Shown: positions 13,901 through 26,446, counted from the first letter of the whole stretch. The stretch: DNA of 62,923 nucleotides, filler included, from Octopus bimaculoides (GCF_001194135.2; 5 parts of 5 records of this genome joined end to end with filler, not necessarily neighbours in it), one strand, 5' to 3'. Translations and numbers: made by a program. Notes: generated from the sequence alone by a model not told the origin.

Positions 13901-15361
13901 AAAAAACAGAATGCATATTCGTTTAGGAACACTAAGAGAAGAATTAGATGTGTACAACTGCTGGGTTGGTTAAAACTAGAATCCAATACCCATTCACAGA
14001 TTTGTTATCTCAACCCTCACTGCAGTTGCACCGCTTTGGAACAAGAATCAGTGTTAGTTACATTCTCTTTTGTAGAACATTTCACCAGTAAGAAATTAGC
14101 AATTATTCTTGTCTTTCAAATATCCTCCCATCTGAAAATTAAGAGAGAATAGATTCCATGTTATCATAATGAAATGTTGATGCTACATACTTCGCTGCTG
14201 AATACGTTCATCTGAGTTACACAGTTTCTGGTATAATTTAAATAGCAATATAAAGTGTGATACAAAATCTATAGAAATAAGTGTCTATGCTATTCATATA
14301 CTTCCATACATAATTTACACGAAGCATGAGGCGTAAGTACATATAATTTTCATTTGGAATTTACAGCAGTCTATTTCAACCAAATACATCTGTATATAAA
14401 CTTATATATTAAACTTCAATATTGTGAGGGTCTTGGCTTAGATTTAGTAGCTGTCGTGTGTTTATCAAGACATTCGATCGTTATATGATTTTATTCAAGC
14501 ACAGAATTTTAGAACGTTTGTAAGACTCATATTAAATCATCAATTATATTTCGCAGGTAGGCGATAAATATTTTCAGAGCTTAAATCAATACTTGCAAAC
14601 GTTTCTTTGACTTCTGATGCGTTTCAAAAGGTGAATATAAAAAGTGCTATGATCCCTATTGTGAATTTAATCACGTAGCGTACAGTACCCCTTCCTTACG
14701 CTTGAATCAATTTATTAATAAAGTTTTTCAACTCATAAGCTCACTTCATAAACACACACGCGAGCGCGCATATATATACATATATGTTCGTGTGTGTGTA
14801 TGTGTGTGTGTGTATGTGTGTGTATGTGTTTGTGTATGTGTGTGTGCGGGGGTGGGGTGGAAATGGATTAGTACAATAGTTCTTCTTACTGTATTTTTAT
14901 TTAGATTCTCTCGTCCAGAAATGCATGAGTTAGTGGGATTCGGATAGGATGTAAAGAAATTTGGGAGGACTTATGAACTTTTAGTTTATTGTAAACATTT
15001 TTCATAGTAAAATTATAGAAAGTACTATTGTAAGTCATTACAAGTTCTGAGCAGTTCTTTGCAGCTTTTGCATTTGGAAAGCTCACCAACTTAATGGCGT
15101 CCGATATTGGTTTCTTGGAATCAAAAGATTCCATGGACGAATCACAAAGCAATACGCTCCTCAGTATTTCTTTTCTTTTGTTTGCAAATAATTTGAACCT
15201 GGGAAAATTGATATCATAAAAATGCATATTTAATTGCAGTTTGGATGACTCCAATCACTGGTTATTGAATTCCTTCAGTTCTGGGGTTAATTTGAATTGG
15301 ATCGCAACGTTTCACAACATATACTCATAATCCTAATCGTCACATTATACTGCACCCCGTT

Positions 15362-15400
15362 GGATAAACCAGGATAAACCAGGATAAACCAGGATAAACC
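15362..15400 (+). repeat. 10-bp tandem repeat (GGATAAACCA) x3.9
   Basis: Exact copies at 15362, 15372 and 15382, plus a 9-nt partial copy at 15392. Confidence 0.95.
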
Positions 15401-15517
15401 CTGAATTATTTTGTTATGATTCAACAGAGGCATTTTAAAGATTAAGATTTGAAATGTTAACTCAAATATGAAGAATATTGATTTATTTCTAAGGGCGGTA
15501 CAAGAGTTAATTGTATC

Positions 15518-15586
15518 CATTCTACCTGAAAATGATAAAATATCTCAATGGACGTATTGCAACATTTTATCAATTTCAGGTAGATG
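15518..15586. repeat. Hairpin of pre-miRNA dimensions
   Basis: TCTACCTGAAAATGATAAAAT pairs with ATTTTATCAATTTCAGGTAGA (1 mismatch); inner CAAT/ATTG closes a GGACGT loop. Confidence 0.8.
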
Positions 15587-18364
15587 AATATCAACGTTAA
15601 CTGCTGCGATATTTTAATTTAGGACATGGAAGTGTTAATCAGAATCCTGAATACAACTCGAAATCGACTGCGATAGTATGGATTGATATTCATTTATTTT
15701 GAACAAACACTTCGGCAATTTATTATTATGCAGAACGCAGAGAGATGAAGATCTTTGTTACAATCGTCTACTTTGCAATTCATAGCCAAGCGTGAGAAGA
15801 CATTATATTTTATTGTATTAGTTTTGCCCTTGCCTCCTCCGGTATTTTCCACCACCCGAAATAGTGTTATCAGCAAGAATATTATTTCCAAAATGTATTT
15901 AATTCAATCGTTTTTTTAATACTATACGACAGAGGGAGACCTCACATTTTTCGTATCCGGAAACGGCAAGTTTCATATCACATTTTTACTTAAAATATGT
16001 TAATTTCAGGGAATAGGCAGTAATTTATAAAAGAAACTGTGTTCCAGTTTTTATTTCTCAGTCTACAGCGTTGCAATAGTTGCTTATCGTTTCAGTTCGT
16101 GGAAAACGTCTATTGAACGTAACGTTGCCCCTCTTTAGAGTATTTGATATATTTCAATAAAAATAGGGACCCCATTCCTCTAACATGTATTCCATCTTAA
16201 ACTTCTTCTTTGATATAAATAAATGCTTAAAGTATCACAAGTATCTCCCAAGATATTAGGCAATAATGCTCTTTTGTGAGAAACATGTCTAGATAATTTT
16301 TAAGAAAAATATTATTCTTTATGTAACTAATTTTGCGTGCCGTGTAGGAATATTAAATGTCAATGAAACAAACATTTAAAAAGCAAGCATCGCATATCGA
16401 AATTAGCGGAAATGATTTGCATAGAAGTTTACATGATTTTGCTCGCATTATTTAAAGAAAATTGTTTGTTGTTTTAGATTACACTCACTAATCAAATATG
16501 GTCATCAAACAATCTAATTTTAGGGGCTGAATGCAGCAAATGAACATTTCAGAAGATATGTTGGTTTTATTGCAACAGAGGTGACGTCGAAGCACTCAGT
16601 TCTGGATACAAATCTGAGCACACATACTCACCACGAATACTCAGACCTCTGATTAGAGGCCATTCTGAGCCATCCTTAAATATATTCTTACAAACATTGT
16701 CTAGTTGTTGATGTTCTTTTCTAAAACTCGATAGTTGTAATCTTGCTCACACACGATTGAGTGTAAAAAGGATGCTTTTAGATGGAGTGTTGATAATTTA
16801 CCAGATGCAAGATTTGTAAACACTCGGTGCTTTATTGTTATTCATTCAACGCAAGTAATTCAAAGGTTAAAATGAACTTCGAACGGATTTGAAATGTGAT
16901 TGGAGAAACTTTAAAGTAAATACTTTAATGCATTCCACCATTTCTACCAATTTCGTATTTCGATACTTAACTCACATATCGATCACTATAGATTCGTAGA
17001 GATTAGTTATGTTTGATTGTATTGAGAGAATACAACGTGTGTGGTAATAATATGATCTCAACAATTGTGGGGATAAGTTAAAGAGAAGGATTCGACTTCA
17101 CAACATAAAACGACGAAATTTAACTCTCTAAAGAAATTAATCATTGTGCTTTGGCATTATTGTTGTTGTATCACCTTTGATGTGTTTTATCATTGATAAA
17201 AATTATGAAAACTAACTAATCTGAATGGGTCAAGTAATCGAATAAATGAAGCGAAAGACATTAGAAAACAAAACCGTCTCAAACATTTAAAGATAAAATA
17301 TACATTAATGACTTGTTGTTTATTTCCCTTGGTCAGACGTTGTTTTAGAACGTTTATTAATGGTGATCCATCAATGTCCATCACAGTCTGTGGAGATTTT
17401 ATGTGTAGAACTACATTTTCCAAATGACCTCACTGCCATGTTAGTTGGCTGTGACTAGAGACAGACTTGACAGCATTTCTGTTGCAGATCATGTGGGTAT
17501 ACATACATAATACGTACATATACACATATATACATATGCTTGTGTATTAGTACGTGTGCGTGTACGTGTTTGCGTGTGTGTGTGTGTGTGTGGTATTAAA
17601 ATGCGTGTTAAACTGGAAATATTGGATAGCTTATCCATAGGTCAAGTGATTGAAGTAAAAACGTGATGCCTATGATGGAATCCATTCGTGAGAATGTGTG
17701 TTCATTTAAGGCTCACCTAGATTATACTAAAACCAGCAAGACTATCTTCTGCGTTACCTAGGTTACAAAATGAAATCTTTTTGACAAGAACTAAGTAAAA
17801 AAAAAAAAATCAGAGAACGGAAAACGAACAAATATGTTTTCCTTCATTCTCTCATAGCAAAATGTGAAAAATGAGTTATTATTGCTGAATAAAATTCTAA
17901 TTTGCACGTTCATCCATTCGATCACATAAGACAATTTAAACATATCAGTTGGTGTTAACAGATGTGACAAATGAACGGATAGGTAAAAGACACCAGGAGA
18001 AGAACACTGAGGACCAGTACAAGCAACGTCAGTACAGAAGCATGGAATACCCATGAGTGAAAACTAATATTGACAGACCTACTTTAGAAAAAAGAGAATA
18101 TGGTGAATAATACATAAATAGAAAGACGTTGGTGATATGCTTTAAATTCTGTGCGTGATCTCGGTCTTTAGCATTCTGAATTGTGTTGCAATAATAATGT
18201 TACAATGGAAAGTAATGCATTAGCTTCGAAATAACATGCTTTTATTGTATATTCTAGAGTCTTACTCTTGAATAGCAGTGAGGTCAAAAACATATCTACA
18301 CTCCTCTACATAACCTCGTTTATTGGGGAAGGGCACAACATTTTGACAATTATCTATGTCAACG

Positions 18365-18560
18365 TTACTTGTTTCAGTTGTTAGACTGCGGCCATTCTGG
18401 GGCACCGGTTTGACGAATTTTAGTGGACTGAATTGACCTTGGTATCTATGTTTTGCGAAGCCAGATGCTTATACTGACTGTTTTTTAACGAACCGCTAAG
18501 TTTCATTGGCCATAAACACATCAACACTGGTTGTGAAGCGGAGGGGATTGCCATACACAC
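18365..18560 (-). mobile_element. SINE family B, degenerate 3' half
   Basis: TTACTTGTTTCAGT...GACTGCGGCCATTCTGGGGCACC...GAACCGCTAAG matches the 3' half of the copy at 27941-28350. Confidence 0.7.
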
Positions 18561-18609
18561 AAACACACGAACATATATATTACAGTTATATATGTCACTC
18601 TATAACTGG

Positions 18610-18691
18610 CGATGGGTATATGGCATAGTGTTTAAGAGCGCGGGCTACTAACCCCAAGATTCCGAGTTCGATTCTAAGCAGTGACCTGAAG

Positions 18692-18729
<38 letters not shown>

Positions 18730-18875
18730 TAATAATAACACCTTATGAATGAGAACCCAGGTTCGAAATTTCCCCAAGACACCTGATGAGGGCTGGAGAG
18801 TATATCAGCCAAAACGTTGCGTAAACATCAAACAAGAAGACAAATATCTGTCAAATGTAAATAATATAAATAAAC
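18610..18875 (+). mobile_element. tRNA-derived SINE with internal (AAT)n and hammerhead-like 3' tail
   Basis: A-box-like TGGCATAGTGTTTAAG and B-box-like GAGTTCGATTC, then (AAT)n at ~18697-18738, then CTGATGAG-GGCTG...CAGCC-AAAAC at 18783-18815. Confidence 0.75.
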
Positions 18876-18898
18876 ACACACACACACATACGCGTGCG

Positions 18899-18976
<78 letters not shown>

Positions 18977-19009
18977 CGATTCAAACATGCACAAGCAAGA
19001 CAAACACCA

Positions 19010-19190
19010 CGAAAAAACAACGACGCGAGGACGTGGAATAAGTACAGTGTTATTGGACGCTCAGGAAAGGAAAGGAAAGAGGACTTAACGTTTCGAGCGG
19101 AGCTCTTCGTCAGAAATATAGGAAAAGTCCAAAGAAGGGAAGACAAAGAAAGAAAATCGCATCGATGCACACGCGGTCACCTATTGGAAT
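19010..19190 (-). mobile_element. Penelope-like terminal repeat fragment
   Basis: Minus strand CTGACGAAGAGCTCCGCTCGAAACGTT followed by CCTGAGCGTCCAATAACAC...GTCCTCGCGTCGTTGTTTTT; related to 47590-47770. Confidence 0.55.
19084..19120 (-). ncRNA. Minimal type I hammerhead ribozyme-like motif
   Basis: AUUU-CUGACGA-A-GAGC(UCC)GCUC-GAAA-CGU-U-AAGU: intact core, 4-bp stem II, palindromic ACGU stem III, weak 4-bp stem I. Confidence 0.55.
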
Positions 19191-19201
19191 ATATATACGA
19201 C

Positions 19202-19340
19202 GAGCTTCTTTCGGTTTCCGTCTATCAAATCAACTCACAGGCTTTGGTCGGCTCGAGGCTATAATAAAAGAGACTTGTCGAAAATGCCATCTAGCGCACC
19301 TGAACTCAAAGAGCCATGAGGTTGTGAAGAAAACCACTTA
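19202..19340 (-). mobile_element. SINE family B, degenerate 5' half
   Basis: CTTCTTTCGGTTTCCGTCTATCAAATCAACTCACAGGCTTTGGTCGGCTCGAGGCTATA matches 32985-33140. Confidence 0.75.
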
Positions 19341-20156
19341 CTACGCACTAACATCTGTGTTTCTGTTGAGCTTTTCTGTACTACGAATACCTTTAATGAA
19401 AGACTGCGACTGGATTAAAACATTAGTTTCTAAAAATTGTACATGAATTATATTGGATGGTATTGTAAATTGAGATTTCATTTATCTAAGCTCCCGGAAG
19501 AAAAATACACAAACTTTGCTTTAGGCTGTCACCGATATATCATGTATTTGAAGAGATGTTCACGCACGCAGAGACGTTCTCGAGTGCAAACATCATCGAT
19601 TTTATTGATTAAAAAAAGTTTAAACAAAAGCTTTTAGAGTTGAATGTGGAAAATAACTTGTGAAAAAGTAGACGACAAAAGATTGTCTGATGGGTAGATT
19701 TTAATACGAAAACAGCCCAATAATATAGATCTCTCTCCTCCCCAAATGGGTTTCGTTCCCTTATCAACCGTTAATAGATTAGAAACAATGGACGCTTAAA
19801 CCAATGGGGCCAACTTCAGCATCATTTGTACAGCCCGCATCCCCTTCTTTTTCATCATTATCCTCCTCCTCCTCATCATCATCATCGTCTTCATTTTTCC
19901 CTCCTCCCCTTCCTCCTCCTCCCCTTCCTCATCCTCCTCCACCTCCTCATCATCATCGTCATTGGAAACCAAACGTATAACTGAACGCAAATAAAAATAT
20001 AACGATCGTCACGTTCCGTCCATCCTTATTCGAAAATGATCGAAACTAAAAAAAAAAAAATAAAAATACATGAAAATGCATGACAACAAAAACAGGTAAA
20101 AATCCAATTATCGATTTCATCTCCAGCCAAACCAAACAAACATTAATCGTACTCAC

Positions 20157-20271
20157 TTTACTCGTGGCTCAGAATCGTTATTGTAATTTTGACTCGCCGC
20201 TAAGTTGACACATACAAACAGCGTAGGATATTTTGCTCGGGTTTGTGTTGTAGCGGAATCGTAGTTTTTAA
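20157..20271 (-). CDS. Candidate internal exon (unverified)
   Basis: Acceptor GTCTTCTTAACAG and donor GTGAGT; one open frame KNYDSATTQTRAKYPTLFVCVNLAASQNYNNDSEPRV; phase 1 in, phase 2 out. No homology recognised. Confidence 0.2.
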
Positions 20272-21049
20272 CTGTTAAGAAGACGCTCGATAACACTTTA
20301 CTTCAAATTCAGATGTTTAGTAATGTCCAGTTTAATTTATGTTAATTTATCATTTTCCGTAGCCATGACAATCACAGATGTTCTTTATAATATACAAGGT
20401 CCTCTCTTACATGAATTTGATGTCCTTTTTAATATCAACTTTGTGATTTTAATGTTCGATTAGTACAAATCCAACTCGATATTTATTGCAACTTCGGGCG
20501 GTTGAAATTCGCCGATTATTGATATAAACCTAAGTTTGTTTTTTCCTTTAGATTGGTCCATTGATAGCGCTGTATCTAAACAGTTTTAACTCACAAAAGA
20601 CGACGGCATAGAAAATAAAATATGTCTTGTGTAGATTCTCTACAGAATGCCAAATCGAAGAAAAACTCAGCTGAGGTGGGGTGACAAGAATCCCAGGTGA
20701 AATCTGGCTCAACGCTCAAAGGTAAATGCGTGACGATTTCTTTAAAAGGTTGACGATCCCTTTATTTATAGTAAGGTTTCTTACTGAAAAAAACAACACT
20801 GTTTTTTTTTTTGTTTTTGCTGATATATTTTAGGTCAGAATATAAATTCCATTAAAGTAGCAGATTTTTTTAAACATAATGACTCAAAATAGAAGTAAAC
20901 TGGACTGAATATGGAATTGACTACAAATAAAGTTATCAGTAGGACTCATGGATACTGGAACCAGTGAAATATATCACTCACGGAATAACGGGACCCAGTG
21001 GAGCAGGGCGCAATGTCTATAAACATTGTCTGAGACCCTTCCAATAACT

Positions 21050-22150
21050 GAAAGATTCTGAATGGGATTTATTAGAGAGGAAGTGCTTTCAATCAGACTT
21101 GTGCTACATCTCAACCCACCAGATTTGAAGTGCAAAAGGAAATGATCAGCATTTACTTCAAAAAGAAGCTCGCACAGATATAGAGGATACGAGATGGTAA
21201 CGCTCAACCACTAAGGAACCTAGACAATACTCATCAATGGAACATTACGTGGTCGGATCTCTGGTAGACTCACAGCCAGGCTATCAGATCTCTGCTCCAG
21301 GCTTTCTACGACAATTTATCAAGTCAAACAATTCATCAAATTTGGCGCAAGAATGAAGCACCACCTGTGCCTTGAGTGCAGGAAAGGATCCTCTCAACAA
21401 CCTCCCACTAGCAGCAGCCGCAGCAGAGTCTTAACCGAAGGCCATCACTGCTGGAAGTATGGCCATGTGCTCACAGTGGTAGCGGAAGTAATATCAACAG
21501 ACATTCAGTCCAGTAAATAGCACCACAGGAAAGAATCCATCCCTTTTAGCAGAGCTGGAGAAACATCTAATTCACTGACACTTCAACTATCATGATGCCT
21601 ACTTTCCACAGTTTGTTGACACTGCAGCTCGTGGAATGGTTAAAGTTATCGGATGACATCGTATCAACAATACTCCGGCCAGATATAATGATCTTCTCAA
21701 ATTTCGACATACAGGTGATCATGTGAGAACTGACTGGACCCTGGGAAGAACAAATAGAAAACGCTCATGAGAGGAAGCTTGCGATATGATGAGAATTTGT
21801 GGTAGAAATCGCAGAAATTTGGCGAGGCCGGAATATTGCGAGGCACATAAAATGGGCGGCCAAGTGTGTTTGTGTGTGTATTGGGGTGTGGTGAGGGCGC
21901 ATTCTGCAAATTTCTGATAAGGCTTGAAGTTTCTAGTGCTGCAAAAACGAGGAGTATAAAGTCCCTTATTGAAGCTGCAGAGAAATCCATTCGGCGAGTT
22001 TGAATAATGAGGGCAGACTAGGAGTTTGCTGCTAGTGGGATGCAAGCTGGGTTTGATGAACCCCGGCTGCGTCGACAAGGCGATAGAATGGGTCTGACTT
22101 TGAAAGGCCTGAAGACTCTTAGGCTCAGAAACCTCACTGACGATATATCT
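21050..22150 (+). mobile_element. HERO-like (R2 group, RLE) non-LTR retrotransposon 3' portion, degenerate
   Basis: Frameshifted translation: HLLQKEARTDIEDTRW, ITWSDLW, AIRSLLQAFYDNL, VLTEGHHCWKYGHVLTVVAEVI, LRPDIMIFS, ELTGPWEEQIENAHERKL, LIEAAEKSIRRV; followed by a structured 3' UTR. Confidence 0.8.
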
Positions 22151-24202
22151 GCGTGATGTACCTAATGGCTACAGCTTCAAAACCATATTTCACAGCCCCT
22201 TTCAAACAGCTATATACGCCACAGAGTAAGATTGCATCATTTACTTTCAGTTTGACAAATAATTTCTCAATTCAGAAGAAATGTAATTGAAACATCTTCC
22301 CATTTTGTATGACAAATTTGATATTTGATTCTAAGCCTATGAAACGATCTTTGCTTTTAATAGATGATATTACTTTCACGTTAATTTACATTTTATTATT
22401 GTATTCTGTGCTGACCTAAGGAAAAGGCATTATTATGTTGAGGTATCAATGTTAGCTTTGAATGAAGCTATAATAGAAGAATTCTATCAAAAGGATCCTT
22501 GCTGAGTTATAAAGATTTAATACTCTACATATATACTCGCATAAAAAAACAAAGGGATGAAAGAGTTATATATTCCCCCCCACCGCCAGAAATATTGAGA
22601 TGCAATAAACCATTTCCTATACGAAATCTCAACTTTACCAGGAGTCATCCGAATTTACCTGCCACACTCGTCACAGATCGATGGAACCCCTGACTTCAGA
22701 AGAGATGTGATGTCATCAATAAAACTTGATTGTCCATTCCTTCGTTGCTATCGGATTGCATAATTGTTTCATTTGTTAATGTAGAAAATATTAAATCATA
22801 ACTGCTTAGAGATATACACTTTGTCACCGGAAATGTTGAGTTTTATGATATTGTGTATTTGTGCATGGGAGAGAGAGGGGGGGAGAGATGTATCTCTTCC
22901 CATCTTTCAAAAGTATGTTATATAATTTAGCATTTGACCCATTTAGTAGCTGAGTTTAACCACCATGGGCCAGAGATATCGTTAGCCAGGGTGTCTTTGT
23001 TACAAACATTTATATCAGACCATTTCGTAGGTTTTAAACAACTTCTACCCTCCAGTTCCAGATGGTCTAAATACATTCATTGGTGTCGCAGTTATTCTTC
23101 TGACCAAGTGACACACACACACACACACACCTCCGAAGGGTAAAATGTGTGCATAGATAACCCTTTTACAATCATTAGAAAAGAAAATACATCAATGTAT
23201 TCTCCTCAATAAAACTTATGAATTTATATAGTTTAACACTAATATTAATGCCGTCGACAAATATATGTGAATGTGTCATCTTATCGACTTGATATAATTA
23301 TTACTAAAGATTATTTCTTCTAAAACAAACCTATTTTGTTCGAAAAAGAACTGGGTGTAGTAATGAGAGCCGAACCAGGGGTTTGTTCACGGGAGTGATG
23401 ACAGCAAGAGAGACGATTAGGAGAGAAATTCTTGTTGTGGTGGTTGCCTTAGCTCCGAGGGCCTGAGGCTACTCTATTAGAGATAGAAGAGGTTGAGAGA
23501 GAGAACATCACGCCAATATATCAGACGCTGAAACGTCTCTGTCAGGGACCCTATTCTAATCTTCTAATCAGTCGAGTGGTTCTTTTCTGGATAGAGGCCA
23601 TAATTATTTTATGTGTAGTAGCAGCATTGTCAATGTGAGAACAAACCTATCAATGTCAATTTCACAAAACTGAGTTAATTATATCTCGCTGAGAATGCTT
23701 CGGAATAAATTATAAATTGTTCAGAACTATGTCATTAATCGAACTGTTGAAATATAGCCGCTAAAACAAGTTTCCGATTTAGGATATATTAAAGACGGAT
23801 ATCTTATTATTTTAGAGTCCCTTGTGACAGCTATTTGTTCATTGATAATTCACTTCACCAGATGTCGAAACAGCAACACACGTGTTGTTTATATAGCCCA
23901 CAACTAAAGAAAGGCATTGGAAGACGATTAAATTTGTCGAACCTCAATGTTATATTATTTAGGAAAGTGAAGATTCATAGAGACATCATATATGTGAACA
24001 ACGACATTTTCAAGAAGTAAACCGAGAACATGTCTAAGCGTTAAATAAATAAAACTACTTAAAAAGCAATTATATATATTAAATTCGAATTACGATAAAC
24101 GTAAACAAACAAACGAAGTTTGCTTTCAGAACCTTTGAGATGTCTTAGAAAGTTAAAGAAGTGATTTTTTTCAATTCTCAACCGCAGGATAATGCTAATA
24201 AT

Positions 24203-24310
24203 ATAGCCTGAACAGGATAAACTACCCCTATTTTACAGAAAGACGTGTTGGCGGCTGGCCGCCGACACTGTTCTCTGCAAAATAGGGGTAGCTTATCGTG
24301 TTCAGGCTAT
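24203..24310. repeat. 108-bp imperfect palindrome, possibly a collapsed MITE
   Basis: ATAGCCTGAACAGGATAAACTACCCCTATTTTACAGA...GGCGGC-TG-GCCGCC...TCTGCAAAATAGGGGTAGCTTATCGTGTTCAGGCTAT. Confidence 0.9.
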
Positions 24311-24600
24311 TCAATTATATATAATTGCAAACTACTTGGTGTATAAACACTATTTTAAGGTATCGAAATAAGACATAAAAAGAAACATCTCTGATAAAAC
24401 TGAAAATGTATTAGGTTTTCTATGACATAAACAAATGTATTTAAGATTTCTCTACAGAAAAATGATTGAAATAACATTTCTTGTTTTTCAGCAATTTGGA
24501 GGTAACAGTCTATCTCTGTATGTATAGATTGACACCCTTGCAGTAAGTTCGAATTTATTATCATACTGGGACAATGCAGAAAGGTAAATAAAATCAAAAT

Positions 24601-24810
24601 GGCGAGCTGACAGAAACGTTAGCACGTCGGGCGAAATGCTTAGCTGCATTTCGTCTGTCTTTACGTTCTGAGTTTCAAATACCACTGAGGTCGACTTTGC
24701 ATTTCACCCTTCGGGGTCGATAAATTAAGTACAAGTTGCGTGCTGGGGTCGATCTAGTCTACTGGCCCTCTCTCCATAAGTTTCGAGCCTTGTGCTTAGA
24801 GTAGAAAAGA
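24601..24810 (+). mobile_element. SINE family A
   Basis: GAGCTGACAGAAACGTTAGCACGTCGGGCGAAATGCTTAGC...GAGGTCGACTTTGC...GGGGTCGATAAATTAAGTAC; shared with several other copies in the window. Confidence 0.9.
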
Positions 24811-25087
24811 ATAAGCAGAACTGATTTTCACCAGATGAATATTGAAAAGAAACGAAAAAAGAACAAGTAAGGAATAAGATTAGATGTCTGAATGAGAAAT
24901 CAGAAGTATGGTTCACCTGTGGAAATCGAAATCTTGCGCACCACAAACACTTAGAAAGGTAAGAAGGAAATGATTTATTTTTCACGCATTTCATAATGGT
25001 GTAGCATTTTCCTTTATTTCTTTTGGTCTTTACTTTTTTCTTTTCCAAATTTGTCCGTTTTCTCCCGTCACTTGTATTTCTCTGTCG

Positions 25088-25150
<63 letters not shown>

Positions 25151-25995
25151 TATGAGTGTGTGCATTCATGTGTGTAGAGATATGTACACATACACATATA
25201 TAGAGAGAAAAAGATTGGGAGAGAAGTTGGTAAAGAGGGACGTTGTAGGTTATTGGAGCAGAATAGGCTAGGAAGAATATTAGATAAAGAGAGATGAATT
25301 AGTGGATTGGCTTACCATTGGGACGTTATAAGTTGTTCAGATAATCTATTCCAACCATTTATCCGACGAATCTCTTCTAGCCCGAAATGAAATTATTTGA
25401 AATAATTTATCGAATTCTCCTAGCTACGGTTGGCTTTACATTGTTAGCTCTGTTTAAATCTTATCTGCCATTCTACTGAAATCTATCAGAGAGACAGGTT
25501 CAGTGGGACGTTTCCGAATTTATCTTCGTAGTCTTCAACGTGATGAAGTGAAGATGAGCAGTTCACTGTCAGCCATCTAATACAATAAAGCCACGGTTAT
25601 TTACGATAATTACACATTATGCGATAATATAGCTTCCGAAATAGACTAATACAAATACAAGACAATCTGAAATAGATAAATATGTTTATACATAAATCAT
25701 TCAAAGTATAAAACGTAATCAGATTAATATATATACCCCGGATTGCTTTTAGTTTAGTTCAGCATTAGGCTTTCTGTGCGGTACTGTGATTTTTCTTTTT
25801 GTTTACCATCTGCACGCAAAACGTCGTCACAACAACTGCACATTTATAATAGGGTTCTCGGCAGGAGGAAACACATGCAAATATTTAAATTGGAACAAAG
25901 GCCAAATTCCTTGATCGTGTGGTCACTTGATAACAAATCTTTTTGAGTCGCTGCGTGCATAAGTGTACCCATAAACATGAACTTTCTGTAGAATT

Positions 25996-26109
<114 letters not shown>

Positions 26110-26446
26110 ACATATGTATATGTATTATTTAAAAGAGTTTGATTCGACTTCATGAGGCTTAAGATTACGCGGGCTTCTAACAGAAATCCGTCTCATTCAT
26201 GTTTAGATTACAGAATGGAGTGAGATGTGATAGAATGTGGAGGGCAATGTGAGAGGCATAAATGTATGGAGGAGTGTACATACGTGTTTGTCTAGGAGGA
26301 TATGTATATGGATGTTTTTGTCAGATGCGTATGTGTGTGTACATATGTATGTGTGTGTGTGCGTGTACGGCCAAGCCTGACCTTTCGTTCTTGGTTCGAC
26401 TACCGTCCGTGCAACATTTATATTCCTTCCCATACCGGTCATCTTT

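Noticed and set aside
16632-16674. 43-nt minus-strand micro-exon DGSEWPLIRGLSIR with a GTGAGT donor
   Set aside because: The acceptor has no pyrimidine tract, and the sequence resembles a dispersed repeat head (AAGGATGGCTCAGAATGGCCTC).
18621-18690. tRNA gene (also at 40551-40620 and 58130-58198)
   Set aside because: A and B boxes are present but there is no complete cloverleaf or acceptor stem, and each continues into SINE body sequence.
23356-23650. Possible solo LTR (TG start, TGGCG PBS-like word on the minus strand)
   Set aside because: No second LTR, TSD, polypurine tract or internal ORF could be identified.
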